In this document: positions 40,627 to 50,996 of the stretch, in pieces | Layout: each line of letters starts with the position of its first letter | Position numbering within the stretch: position 1 is the first letter of the stretch | Origin: Bacteroidales bacterium UBA1035 | Lineage (GTDB): Bacteria; Bacteroidota; Bacteroidia; Bacteroidales; Dysgonomonadaceae | Assembly: GCA_002316835.1 (NCBI GenBank) | Contig: DCEG01000005.1 | Coordinates: 8,884-72,319, forward strand | DNA length: 63,436 nucleotides | Reading direction: 5' to 3' | Program-made: the position numbers and the translations under genes | The notes under the pieces: generated by a model | Seen by the model: the letters and a program-made list of their open reading frames with translations, nothing else | What the model was told of the DNA's origin: nothing | Database searches by the model: none

Positions 40627-41918
40627 ATGAGACAATTATTTTATCTAATACTTTTATCCATCCTTTTTTTGGGATGCGATGATAATTATGAAAATATTCA
40701 CCGGTATTCGAAAACTATTTCGCAATCGAAACAGTATCCGGTTTACCTGGATATGAGTGAAATAGAGAAAATTCAAGTTATAGAAAGAACATCGCTTGTT
40801 AGTCCATTTAAAATATTGGCTAACGATAAATATTATTTCGTTGGTGATATGCTTAAAGGTGTGCACGTGTATGAAAAGAAAACAACAGGTGCCGTTTATT
40901 TGTGTTTTATTGACTGCAAATTCCTTAAGGATTTTGAAATAATGAATAACCATCTCTATTGTAACAACTTGGTTGATTTGGTGATTATTGATGTTTCAAA
41001 TCCGCTTCAATCGACTGTTCTACATAGAAAGAAGTATCATTTCAACAGGTTTACAAAATACGTTACTTACTGGAATATACCGTTTGAAGAGGACAAGGGC
41101 TTAATAGTAGGTTATCAGAACCATATACTTACGGGCACAGTGACGGATGAACAGCCGCAATTGGATTTTACTGAATATGACATAAAGTACGGGAATCTGA
41201 CAACTACAGAAATTCCGGATTCGTGGGTAACTGATAAACCTGAAAATGATAAACCTTATGTTGGTATTGTAAAAATCGGTGACGACGAAATATATACCTA
41301 TGGAGAATATAACAGCTGGGCGATTTGTAAATATGATGCCGGAACAATAAACGTTCGTGAAGTTGACTTGTGGACAAAACCTGCCGGAAAATACAGTGTC
41401 CCTTATTATTATAGTAATGCTCATCCAGTCAGGATATTACATAAGGAAAATTACCTTTATGTTTTTGGGCAAAGTTTTTACCAAAACGACGGATATGTAG
41501 ATTGTGCGCCGCCTGACGACGAATTTCGTTTTAAATTTCATCTTTATTTTTCTGATTTTTTTCCGTTAGATGTTACTTACTTCGATAAGTGGGATACTTT
41601 TTTTGTTTTATCAGGTCAATCAATATGGGGTGCTTACAAAAGTTACGTGCCCACAATGACGTATACAATTGAAAGGTATAAAACTATCAAGTCCAATGCT
41701 CCGCGAAAGCAATGTTCGGGGAACAAGACAAAATAGTAACTCTTGGTGACGAACTCGCTGTTCATTTGCCTGATCAAGATAACTTACATCTTGTAAAAAA
41801 ATATCCCATACAAGGATCATGTTATTTGAAAGAAGACAATATCCTTACCATTGTTAATGCGAAAGGCTTATTTTTTTACGATATAAGCGATTTAGAAAAT
41901 ATTCATCTCATTCCATAA
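40627..41918 (+). pseudogene. LVIVD-like beta-propeller lipoprotein, apparently frameshifted near 41680 (ORFs 40627-41736 and 41712-41918)
   Basis: Lipobox FLGC; DLVIIDVSNP and FFYDISDLEN repeats fall in different frames. Confidence 0.55.
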
Positions 41919-41929
41919 AAATCATTATT

Positions 41930-42679
41930 ATGAAAAAGACTTTTTATATTATTTTATTGTTAATTCTGTCCGGCAATCTTTATTCTCAATTCAGAAGTGA
42001 AGTTTATTTGGTTGATAAAAATACGAAAGAGGTCAATAATCGTTTCTTTGATAGAAAGACAAGCGGATATTACAACGTTATGCAGGTTAATATGATGATC
42101 GGAAACACCCAGACCTTTAACAGAACTGTTTATTATCCAGATTATTACCCCTCACCTTCTTCATCGATGATAGGCCCTGTTTACAGTTATCCCTATTCTG
42201 AAAATAAACTACGTGCTATTCCTTCCGTAACTGTCACCAACGGATATATGTTCAATCAACATTGGGCAGCCGGCATTGGTGTTGGATTTGAAATGTACGA
42301 TCACAATCTTTTTCCACTTTTTGGTGAAATCCGTTATACAATCTGGGATAATAAAATATCTCCTTTTATAACCATTAAAGGGGGATATTCGTTTGGGAAT
42401 TTTAAAGAAAAGCATCACGATGAGTTATACTTAGATTGGTCTCCGTACTATGTAAGCGATGTCGATTTCAGAAATTACGGCGGATTGATGCTTCATCCTG
42501 AAATAGGTGTAAAAGTTCCACTCAGTGAAAACAGTGATCTCCTTTTTACAGCCGCGTACCGGCATCAGAAGATAAGATTGAAAGCGAAAAAAACCTACGA
42601 AAACAACCAGTTTGATGAATGGGAACATAAAGAACACCTGAATAGATTGTCGTTCGGTATTGCCATTATGTTCAGATAA
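41930..42679 (+). CDS. Hypothetical outer-membrane beta-barrel protein
   Basis: Signal peptide; TNGYMFN…GIGVG; C-terminal SFGIAIMFR. Confidence 0.7.
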   Translation: MKKTFYIILLLILSGNLYSQFRSEVYLVDKNTKEVNNRFFDRKTSGYYNVMQVNMMIGNTQTFNRTVYYPDYYPSPSSSMIGPVYSYPYSENKLRAIPSVTVTNGYMFNQHWAAGIGVGFEMYDHNLFPLFGEIRYTIWDNKISPFITIKGGYSFGNFKEKHHDELYLDWSPYYVSDVDFRNYGGLMLHPEIGVKVPLSENSDLLFTAAYRHQKIRLKAKKTYENNQFDEWEHKEHLNRLSFGIAIMFR

Positions 42680-42710
42680 TAAGATAGAACTCAATTTCAA
42701 AAAAGTCAAA

Positions 42711-43013
42711 ATGAAAACAAAAACATTTATTTATGCTCTTTTCTTTACATGCATATTGATTGGATTTAATGGATGCGACAAAGAAGACGAATTTATGCAG
42801 GTAAGAGAAATAGCATGGAGTTCGTTGAGTGAACAAGAAAAATTCACCGTTAGAACCGACTGGAAAAATGCGGAAGTTAAAAAAGAAACTTATAAAGACG
42901 AAAAAGTTTTTGCAGTTACATTTCCAACTACGGAAGATCCTTTACTCGGCCCTATAATAGTGTACATCAGCCAATCATCTTTAGATATAATTGGCCGGGG
43001 ATTGAGAATGTAA
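42711..43013 (+). CDS. Hypothetical small lipoprotein
   Basis: Lipobox FNGC. Confidence 0.65.
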   Translation: MKTKTFIYALFFTCILIGFNGCDKEDEFMQVREIAWSSLSEQEKFTVRTDWKNAEVKKETYKDEKVFAVTFPTTEDPLLGPIIVYISQSSLDIIGRGLRM

Positions 43014-43073
43014 GCCGGGCAAAATTCATTAACATGTTGTTTTATATTAATGATTTAATTCTCAGACAGTATG

Positions 43074-43152
43074 CTTAACAATTTTGTAGCTAAATCTTCA
43101 TTTTATCTTAATAAAAACGTAAACGGTTCGTAACATTCTTTGCGTAGTTTTG
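43074..43152 (+). promoter_or_regulatory. Pho-box-like 11-bp repeat array plus -7 box
   Basis: C(T/G)TAA-like units at 43074, 43085, 43096, 43107, 43118, 43129; TAGTTTTG at 43145. Confidence 0.5.
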
Positions 43153-43179
43153 CAGCATGAAATTTACAATTTCTGCAAA

Positions 43180-44844
43180 ATGAAAAGAATTATTTCATCC
43201 GCTTTATTGTTTTTGGTTATCACTTCATTTTTTGCCGTTAAGGCACAACACGCAAGAATAGGCGTTATATCCGATCTTCACTACACGCACCCGGCGCTGA
43301 TTGTCGAAAAAGGCAAGGCGCTTGATGATTATTTGCAGCGTGACAGAAAGCTCTTGCTCGAGAGCGACGCATTGCTGCGGAAATCAGTAGAAAATCTGCT
43401 CAATGAAGATGTAAGCGTAGTTCTTATTCCCGGCGATTTAACCAAAGATGGCGAATTGATCAGCCATCAAGGTGTTGTGGAATTGCTGCAACCGCTCAGG
43501 GAAAAGGGCGTAAAAGTACTGGTTGTTCCGGGAAATCACGATATCGATAATCCGGCGGCCGTGAGTTTTCACGGCGATGAGATTAGAAACGTACAGTCAA
43601 TAACACCTGTTCAATTCAAAAAAATATACAACGATTACGGCTATGGCAATGCCATAAGTTATGACAAAAATTCGCTAAGCTACGTAAATGAGCCAGTTGA
43701 CGGCTTGCGGGTAATCTGCATAGATGCCTGCAAATATTATGAAAATACGTTCGTCTCACGTGGTGCAAAGCGGGATTCATGTGTTACACATGGCACTATA
43801 AAGCCGGAAACAATGAACTGGATAAAAACAGAAGTTCAGGTAGCGAAACTGCTTGGAAAACAAGTGATCGCCATGATGCATCACGGAGTAGTGGAACATT
43901 TCGATCATCAATCTTTCTTTGCAGGGCCTTATCTCGTAGATAATTTTGAATGGGTTCAGAAGTCATTTATGGAAGCCGGGCTGAATGTTGTGTTCACAGG
44001 ACATTTCCACGCATCGGATATTGCTAAGATAGAAGATAATAATGGGAACTATCTTTACGATATAGAGACGGGTTCCATCGTTACCTATCCATGCCCATAC
44101 AGAGTTATCAACATTGCAGATAATCAACTCGATATAAAGACAATGTTAATTGAAAGTATAGATTATCCTATTCCTGCCGGAATGAGTTTTCAGGCGTACG
44201 CTGAAAATATGGTTGACGTAGGTTTTAACGAAATGATATCATCTCTTATCAACGAATATCATTCGTCGCTGCCTGAATATATGCCTAAATGGCTTAGGCA
44301 TATTGTCCGGATTCCCGATGCTGAAAAGTTTACAGATATAGTTCTGTCCACTCTTTCCCCTTCGGCTGTGAAAATGCTGGTGGCGCATTACGGTGGAAAT
44401 GAGAATCGTATTGAAAACGCACATCAGAATAAGCAAGAACTTTTGCTTTCCATCGACAATTTTGTACGTGAGCTGTGTAAGGAATCTTTGGGAAACCTTT
44501 CCGGCATTGCAGAAAATATTATCCTTCGAAGCAACACGATAAAAAAGACCAGGCTGGCAGTTTCAAGTATCTGGGATAATGCTGTTCTTTCTAACAAAGT
44601 AAACGGCAAGGAAAATATTTCTTTGGATAACTCCATTGATGACTTAAATTATCTTTTGACATTAAAAAGCAATGACGATATAAACAACGGAAACTTTTAT
44701 GCTAATGAAGAAGTCGATGAAGAGATAAAAGTGAAGTTGTTTTCTACAAAACCGGATAACGATGACGAGCAAAGCATAGTTACCGAAAACAAATTTGCTG
44801 TTCTTAACAGAAAAAGATCTGTTGCAGCCTTAATTGACGAATAA
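43180..44844 (+). CDS. Secreted calcineurin-like metallophosphoesterase
   Basis: Signal peptide; DLH, GDLT, GNHD, HH, GHFH motifs. Confidence 0.88.
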   Translation: MKRIISSALLFLVITSFFAVKAQHARIGVISDLHYTHPALIVEKGKALDDYLQRDRKLLLESDALLRKSVENLLNEDVSVVLIPGDLTKDGELISHQGVVELLQPLREKGVKVLVVPGNHDIDNPAAVSFHGDEIRNVQSITPVQFKKIYNDYGYGNAISYDKNSLSYVNEPVDGLRVICIDACKYYENTFVSRGAKRDSCVTHGTIKPETMNWIKTEVQVAKLLGKQVIAMMHHGVVEHFDHQSFFAGPYLVDNFEWVQKSFMEAGLNVVFTGHFHASDIAKIEDNNGNYLYDIETGSIVTYPCPYRVINIADNQLDIKTMLIESIDYPIPAGMSFQAYAENMVDVGFNEMISSLINEYHSSLPEYMPKWLRHIVRIPDAEKFTDIVLSTLSPSAVKMLVAHYGGNENRIENAHQNKQELLLSIDNFVRELCKESLGNLSGIAENIILRSNTIKKTRLAVSSIWDNAVLSNKVNGKENISLDNSIDDLNYLLTLKSNDDINNGNFYANEEVDEEIKVKLFSTKPDNDDEQSIVTENKFAVLNRKRSVAALIDE

Positions 44845-44891
44845 AATTTTTCATTCTCTCTATTTTTAAGTGGTTCCTAAACCACAATGCT

Positions 44892-44929
44892 CAGCCGGCA
44901 AGTGATTGTAGGCTGTTTTTTTATTTTTT
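44892..44929 (+). terminator. Terminator after the phosphoesterase
   Basis: CAGCC…GGCTG followed by long T-run. Confidence 0.55.
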
Positions 44930-45006
44930 CCAAATCTAACATTTTTTATTCATCGAAATTACGATAGATTTTATACCTTTGTATTCCTTTAAGAAAGTAA
45001 TCATTA

Positions 45007-46530
45007 ATGTCAAAGAAAATAAATTCGGCGCTCATTTCTGTATACCACAAAGACGGTCTGGATGAGATATTGAAATTGCTGAACAGTTTAGGTGTCAAGT
45101 TTATATCTACGGGAGGAACTCAGGATTTTATTCAATCGCTGGGTTACGAGTGCGAATCAGTTGAAGATGTTACCGGTTACCCATCTATTTTGGGTGGGCG
45201 TGTGAAAACCCTGCACCCGAAAGTCTTTGGAGGCATTTTGTATCGTCGCGATGAAGAGCAAGACCGCAAAATCATCAAGTCTTATGACATTCCGTCAATC
45301 GATTTGGTAATCGTTGATTTGTATCCATTCGAAGAAACTGTTGCTACAAATGCATCTGAAGAAGAAATCATAGAAAAAATAGACATTGGCGGAATTTCGC
45401 TAATTCGTGGAGCTGCCAAAAACTTTAAGGATGTTATTGTTGTGGCATCCAAGCAACAATACAAACCGTTACTCGATTTGTTGGAAGAAAAAAAAGGAAG
45501 TACCGATATTGAAGATCGCCGTTGGTTTGCAAAAAAAGCCTTTGCTGTTTCCTCCGGCTACGATTCTGCTATTTTCAACTATTTCGATAAAGGAGAAAAC
45601 TCTGTTTTACGCGTTTCCGCAAATAACGCCAAGTCATTGAGATATGGGGAAAATCCACATCAGAAAGGTGTTTTCTACGGCAACTTCGATGAGGTTTTCG
45701 AACAATTACACGGAAAAGAAATTTCGTACAACAATCTGCTCGATATAGATGCAGCTGTTTCGCTCATTGCCGATTTTGATGAAACTGCACTGGCAATTCT
45801 CAAACACAACAATGCCTGTGGCATGGCGTGTCGCCCTACGGTTAAAGAAGCCTGGGAAGCCGCATTGGCTGCTGATCCGATCTCTGCTTTCGGAGGAATT
45901 GTTGTTACAAACCGTAAAGTGGATGCTGAAGCTGCAAAAGCCATAAACGAGATATTCTTCGAAGTGGTCATTGCTCCCGATTATTCACAAGATGCTCTCG
46001 ATATTTTGTTTCAAAAGAAAAACAGAATAATTTTGAGACAGAAACCAACCGATAGTAAAATTAGCAACACGCAGCTTCGTTCTGTTTTAAACGGTGTTTT
46101 GGTACAGGATAAGGACTCAAGTGTTCAAACACGGAGCGATTTAAAAGTAGTAACCGCAAATGCACCAACCGACAAAGAGGTGGAAGATTTATTATTTGCC
46201 AATATTTTGGTGAAACATACAAAATCGAACGCCATAGTTTTGGTAAAAAACAAACAGTTGATTGCCAGCGGAACAGGACAAACATCACGCGTAGATGCAT
46301 TAAATCAGGCAATAGAAAAAGCCGGAGCATTCCATTTCAATCTCAACGGAGCAGTTATGGCATCCGATGCTTTCTTTCCGTTCCCCGATTGCGTTGAAAT
46401 TGCACACAAAGCCGGAATCACGGCGGTTATACAGCCCGGTGGCTCTATCAAAGATGCGGATTCTATTGCTTATTGCAATCAGAACGGTCTGGCAATGGTG
46501 ACAACCGGAATCAGACATTTTAAACATTAA
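45007..46530 (+). CDS. purH: Bifunctional AICAR transformylase/IMP cyclohydrolase
   Basis: GGRVKTLHP, IDIGG, LRYGENPHQ, ASDAFFPF, RHFKH. Confidence 0.97.
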   Translation: MSKKINSALISVYHKDGLDEILKLLNSLGVKFISTGGTQDFIQSLGYECESVEDVTGYPSILGGRVKTLHPKVFGGILYRRDEEQDRKIIKSYDIPSIDLVIVDLYPFEETVATNASEEEIIEKIDIGGISLIRGAAKNFKDVIVVASKQQYKPLLDLLEEKKGSTDIEDRRWFAKKAFAVSSGYDSAIFNYFDKGENSVLRVSANNAKSLRYGENPHQKGVFYGNFDEVFEQLHGKEISYNNLLDIDAAVSLIADFDETALAILKHNNACGMACRPTVKEAWEAALAADPISAFGGIVVTNRKVDAEAAKAINEIFFEVVIAPDYSQDALDILFQKKNRIILRQKPTDSKISNTQLRSVLNGVLVQDKDSSVQTRSDLKVVTANAPTDKEVEDLLFANILVKHTKSNAIVLVKNKQLIASGTGQTSRVDALNQAIEKAGAFHFNLNGAVMASDAFFPFPDCVEIAHKAGITAVIQPGGSIKDADSIAYCNQNGLAMVTTGIRHFKH

Positions 46531-46533
46531 TTT

Positions 46534-46560
46534 GTAGAGACGCAATGCTTGTGTCTTCAA
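46534..46560. repeat. GTAG-type REP-like palindrome, copy 2 (degenerate)
   Basis: GTAGAGACGCAA-TGC-TTGTGTCTTC. Confidence 0.6.
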
Positions 46561-46631
46561 GAAATCAGAAAAATTAGAAAATAGAAGTTAAAAGGGTACG
46601 AAGGACCTGAAACTCGCAACAAAAATAATAT

Positions 46632-47657
46632 ATGGGATTATTTTCATTTACACAAGAATTGGCGATGGATCTTGGAACCGCCAATTCCATTATTGTAAAC
46701 AATACAGGGAAGATTCTTTTGGACGAGCCTTCCATCGTAGCACTTGATCGCAAAACCGATAGAATGATCGCTCTCGGCGAAAAAGCCCGTCAGATGCATG
46801 GAAAAACACACGAGAACATACAAACTGTCAGGCCGTTGAGAGACGGTGTAATTGCTGATTTTAACGCAGCTGAACAGATGATTCGTGGAATGATCAAGAT
46901 GGCTACTAAAAACAAAGGCGGTTTGTTCTCTCCATCGCTACGTGTGGTGATCTGTATTCCGTCGGGAAGTACCGAAGTTGAAATACGTGCTGTACGCGAC
47001 TCGGCAGAACATGCCGGCGGACGTGATGTTTACATGCTTTTTGAGCCTATGGCTGCCGCTTTGGGTATCGGCCTGGATGTTGAAATTCCCGAAGGGAATA
47101 TGATTGTGGATATAGGTGGCGGTACAACCGAAATTGCGGTAATCTCGCTGGGTGGAATCGTATCGAACAAATCTATAAAAATTGCAGGTGATGATCTAAC
47201 TGAAGACATCATGGATTATATGGGTCGTCAGCACAATATGAAAGTGGGAGAGAGAACAGCTGAGCAGATTAAGATAAACGTAGGTTCGGTGTTGACGGAA
47301 CTTCAGGATCCACCGGAAGATTTTATCGTGCACGGGCCAAACCGTATGACATCGTTACCGATGGATGTACCTGTTTCATATCAGGAAGTAGCACATTGCC
47401 TGGAAAAATCGATATCGAAAGTTGATTCGGCCGTACTTAGCGCGTTGGAACAAACTCCGCCGGAATTGTATGCCGATATAGTTCGTAACGGAATTTATCT
47501 GACAGGTGGTGGTGCCCTGCTTCGTGGTTTGGACAAACGATTGACCGACAAAATTGGCATTCCATTTAAAGTGGTGGATGATCCGTTGCATGTTGTAGCT
47601 AAAGGAACCGGTATCGCCCTGAGAAATATTGATAAATTTACTTTCTTGATGAGATAA
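46632..47657 (+). CDS. mreB: Rod shape-determining protein MreB
   Basis: DLGTAN, RPLRDGVIADF, DIGGGTT, GGGALL. Confidence 0.97.
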   Translation: MGLFSFTQELAMDLGTANSIIVNNTGKILLDEPSIVALDRKTDRMIALGEKARQMHGKTHENIQTVRPLRDGVIADFNAAEQMIRGMIKMATKNKGGLFSPSLRVVICIPSGSTEVEIRAVRDSAEHAGGRDVYMLFEPMAAALGIGLDVEIPEGNMIVDIGGGTTEIAVISLGGIVSNKSIKIAGDDLTEDIMDYMGRQHNMKVGERTAEQIKINVGSVLTELQDPPEDFIVHGPNRMTSLPMDVPVSYQEVAHCLEKSISKVDSAVLSALEQTPPELYADIVRNGIYLTGGGALLRGLDKRLTDKIGIPFKVVDDPLHVVAKGTGIALRNIDKFTFLMR

Positions 47658-47660
47658 ATA

Positions 47661-47718
47661 AGCTCTTAGCTGTTAGCCTTTAGCTATTGGCCAATGGCAA
47701 ACAGCCTAAGCTAAAAGC
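47661..47718. repeat. Fold-back heptamer repeat spacer
   Basis: AGCTCTT AGCTGTT AGCCTTT AGCTATT followed by reverse-complement-like units. Confidence 0.65.
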
Positions 47719-47720
47719 AA

Positions 47721-48563
47721 ATGCGAAACCTTCTCACCTTTATTATAAGAAATAGTCATTGGCTGGTAGCAATTATTTTGATTGTTATCAGTTTCTATCT
47801 TGTGTTCTCACACAATTCTTATCAAAGAAGTGTTTATCTTACATCAGCGAACAACGTAGTGGGTTGGTTCTACGAAACGTCCAACAAAGCAACTACCTTT
47901 GTTCATTTAAGCAAGAATAACAAACTATTGCTGGAACGAAATGCGCAACTCGAGGCAGAATTGTTTGCCCTCAAAGCTTATCTGTCAGATGTGCAGATTG
48001 ATACATTGACAACTAAAGCCTTTCTAAGTGATTCTGTTCCTGTGTCACAGTTTTCGTTTATTCCGGCTGAAGTAACGAATGTTAGTTTTTCCGGTCCCAA
48101 CAATTTTATAACCGTAAACAAAGGTTCTTCACACGGTGTTAAGCCGGATATGGGAGTCGTTTCTCAGAATGGTGTAGTAGGGGTAGTGTTAACGGTTTCT
48201 CCTAAGTTTTCGGTAATAATTCCCATTATAAATCCAAAGTTCAGATTGAGTGGAAAATTGAAAAATTCCACTAATACCGGATCGATATTCTGGAACGGTA
48301 AGGATATAAATATTGCACAGATCGGCGAACTTCCCAAACACGAAGTTTTTCATCCGGGAGATACTGTAATGACCAGCTTTTCACGTATTTTTCCGAAAGA
48401 TGTTGTCATCGGATATGTTACTGAGCAGATTCCATCTAAAGATGATAATTTCAATACGTTAAATATGCGAATAGCTACTGATTTTTACTCTGTAAGGGAT
48501 ATTCTCATTATTGATGATGAGTATTACGACGAACAAAATCAATTAGAAAACTCGATTCCGTAA
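47721..48563 (+). CDS. mreC: Rod shape-determining protein MreC
   Basis: TM, coiled coil, NKGSSHGVKPDMGV; operon order. Confidence 0.93.
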   Translation: MRNLLTFIIRNSHWLVAIILIVISFYLVFSHNSYQRSVYLTSANNVVGWFYETSNKATTFVHLSKNNKLLLERNAQLEAELFALKAYLSDVQIDTLTTKAFLSDSVPVSQFSFIPAEVTNVSFSGPNNFITVNKGSSHGVKPDMGVVSQNGVVGVVLTVSPKFSVIIPIINPKFRLSGKLKNSTNTGSIFWNGKDINIAQIGELPKHEVFHPGDTVMTSFSRIFPKDVVIGYVTEQIPSKDDNFNTLNMRIATDFYSVRDILIIDDEYYDEQNQLENSIP

Positions 48564-49081
48564 TGAAAGCGATTTCCATATTTAAAGAGATTTTGTTGTT
48601 TGTAATATTGGCACTGCTACAAGTGTTATTGCTTAATCGTATAAGTATTTTTGGGTTTGCTGTACCCATTCTGTATATCTATTTTTTGATTAAACTGCCG
48701 TACGGAAGGAATAAATTTTATGTTATTATATCAGGTTTCCTGCTGGGGCTTGTTGTTGATATTTTTCTTAATACGCCGGGAATGAATGCAGCAGCTACAA
48801 CCATTGTTGCTGCATTACGAAGTGTTATTTTAAACTTATATTATCCAAAAAACGAATACGAAGATCTGATTCCCGGTATTCACGTATCAGTTGCGGCTTT
48901 TACAAAGTTCACGATAACGATGGTGCTGTTGCATCACATCTTGCTCTTTTTTATTGAAGCGTTCTCGCTCTTTAATTTCACAAGCACAATTATCAGAATT
49001 GGCTCATCATCGCTTCTGACAATTGTTTTAATTTTAGCACTGGATTCATTATCATTCAGGAGAGAAAAAGTAAGTGGTTAA
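48563..49081 (+). CDS. mreD: Rod shape-determining protein MreD
   Basis: Hydrophobic; GLVVDIFLNTPG. Confidence 0.9.
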   Translation: MKAISIFKEILLFVILALLQVLLLNRISIFGFAVPILYIYFLIKLPYGRNKFYVIISGFLLGLVVDIFLNTPGMNAAATTIVAALRSVILNLYYPKNEYEDLIPGIHVSVAAFTKFTITMVLLHHILLFFIEAFSLFNFTSTIIRIGSSSLLTIVLILALDSLSFRREKVSG

Positions 49082-50996
49082 TAAAAACAAACCATACGCA
49101 AAAAGAAGGTACATCATTATAGCAGTTGTAATGGTGATGATACTGGTATATGCAGGTCAGCTCTTTAATTTACAGGTGTTAAGTCCTCAATATCGAAGTT
49201 ACGCTGACAGCAATGCATTTTTCAGAAAAACACTGTATCCGGCACGCGGATCTATTTATGACAGGAACGGTAAACTGGTAGTTTTCAATCAGCCTACATA
49301 CGATGTGATGATGGTTGTGCGCGAAATGAAGCAATTTGATACGCTCGATTTCTGCAAAACGCTGAATATCGATATGAATCAGTTTCATGAACTGGATAAT
49401 GATATGCGCGACCGGCGTAAAAACCCGGGCTATTCGTCATACACACCGCAAATTTTTATGTCGCAACTTGATGTGGAAGAATACGGCTTGTTGCAGGAAA
49501 AACTGTATAAATTTCCGGGAATTTATATTCAAAACCGTACAGAAAGGCAATACAACTTCCCCAATATGGGTCTGATTTTGGGTTATGTCGGTCTGGTAGA
49601 CAAAAACAAAATGGATGCTGATCCATATTATGCACGCAACGATTATGTGGGGAAATCGGGTATTGAATTATCTCACGAAGAAGATCTGCGTGGGGAAAAA
49701 GGTGTGGAAGTGCTGTTGCGTGATGCTCACGGTCGTGTTCAAGGAAAATACCGTGACGGAGAGTTTGATAAACTACCTGTTTCGGGGCGAGATTTGACAC
49801 TAGCTATCGATATTAACTTACAGGCATACGGTGAATATCTGATGCAGAACAAAATTGGTTCCATCATCATGATTGAGCCCAAAACGGGTGAAATTCTTGC
49901 TATGGTTGCCGCACCTTCATACGATCCGGCAATTCTGACCGGGAAGAATTTCAGCCAAAACTACCTGACACTTGAGCAAGATCCATACAGGCCGTTGATT
50001 AATCGTGCTGTTTCGGGATTATATCCACCTGGATCGACGTTTAAGCCTTCACAAGGTCTGATTTTTCTGGAAGAGGGAATTATATCACCCGATACCAGAT
50101 ACAGTTGTTATGGTGGTTATCCGCCATTAGGTGGACGTCCCAGATGCCACGGACATGCTTCGCCGCTCAGTTTGCAGCCTGCGCTGGCAACTTCGTGTAA
50201 CTCATTTTTCTGTTATGGATTAAATGCTATGCTTAACAACCGTACCAAATACAACAGTACGATTGATGCTTTCGAGGTTTGGAAAGAGCATATGATAGAT
50301 TTGGGCTTTGGCTACAAAACCGATGTTGATCTGCCATCTGAAAAGAGAGGGTTCATCCCCAACAGTAAATATTACTCTAATGCTTTCAAGAATGATAGAT
50401 GGGTGGCTCACAACATTATTTCGATTGCCATAGGGCAAGGCGAAATATTAAGTACTCCGTTGCAACTTGCTAATTTTACAGCTATTATCGCCAATCGAGG
50501 ATATTATTACAAACCGCATGTGGTAAAAGAGCGAAAAGGTGCTGCTTTGGATACACTTTTCAGTACACGCAGAGAGTCTAACATCAGTCGTGAACATTTT
50601 GAGTTAACAGTGGCGGGGATGGCAGATGCAGTAACACGCGGTACTTGTCGTCGTGCCAACATGGAACCATATTTAACGGTGTGTGGAAAAACCGGCACTG
50701 CCGAAAACCCACACGGTGAAGATCACTCGTTATTTATTGGTTTTGCACCCAAAGATGATCCTAAGGTTGCCATTGCCGTGATTGTGGAAAACGGAGGTTT
50801 TGGAGCTACAAATGCTGTTCCTATTGGAAGATTAATGATGCAGAAGTATTTGATGGGTGAAATTATGCCACAAGATCAAGCTTTGGAAAAAACCATTGCA
50901 AGCAGAGTGATTTTACCCTTCGTATACAGAAGAAATGCACCCGTACAACGGATTGATTCAACAGCAATTCAAATGAGAGATGTACAGAGGAATTAA
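49074..50996 (+). CDS. mrdA: Penicillin-binding protein 2
   Basis: PARGSIYDRNG; STFK (SxxK), SCN, KTG. Confidence 0.95.
   Translation: MVNKNKPYAKRRYIIIAVVMVMILVYAGQLFNLQVLSPQYRSYADSNAFFRKTLYPARGSIYDRNGKLVVFNQPTYDVMMVVREMKQFDTLDFCKTLNIDMNQFHELDNDMRDRRKNPGYSSYTPQIFMSQLDVEEYGLLQEKLYKFPGIYIQNRTERQYNFPNMGLILGYVGLVDKNKMDADPYYARNDYVGKSGIELSHEEDLRGEKGVEVLLRDAHGRVQGKYRDGEFDKLPVSGRDLTLAIDINLQAYGEYLMQNKIGSIIMIEPKTGEILAMVAAPSYDPAILTGKNFSQNYLTLEQDPYRPLINRAVSGLYPPGSTFKPSQGLIFLEEGIISPDTRYSCYGGYPPLGGRPRCHGHASPLSLQPALATSCNSFFCYGLNAMLNNRTKYNSTIDAFEVWKEHMIDLGFGYKTDVDLPSEKRGFIPNSKYYSNAFKNDRWVAHNIISIAIGQGEILSTPLQLANFTAIIANRGYYYKPHVVKERKGAALDTLFSTRRESNISREHFELTVAGMADAVTRGTCRRANMEPYLTVCGKTGTAENPHGEDHSLFIGFAPKDDPKVAIAVIVENGGFGATNAVPIGRLMMQKYLMGEIMPQDQALEKTIASRVILPFVYRRNAPVQRIDSTAIQMRDVQRN

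Noticed and set aside
44865-45006. ZMP/ZTP riboswitch upstream of purH (GTGGTT…AACCAC hairpin)
   Set aside because: Lacks the conserved GACTGGCG/CGCCTGGG elements; a TACCTTTG -7 box lies only ~25 nt before the ATG
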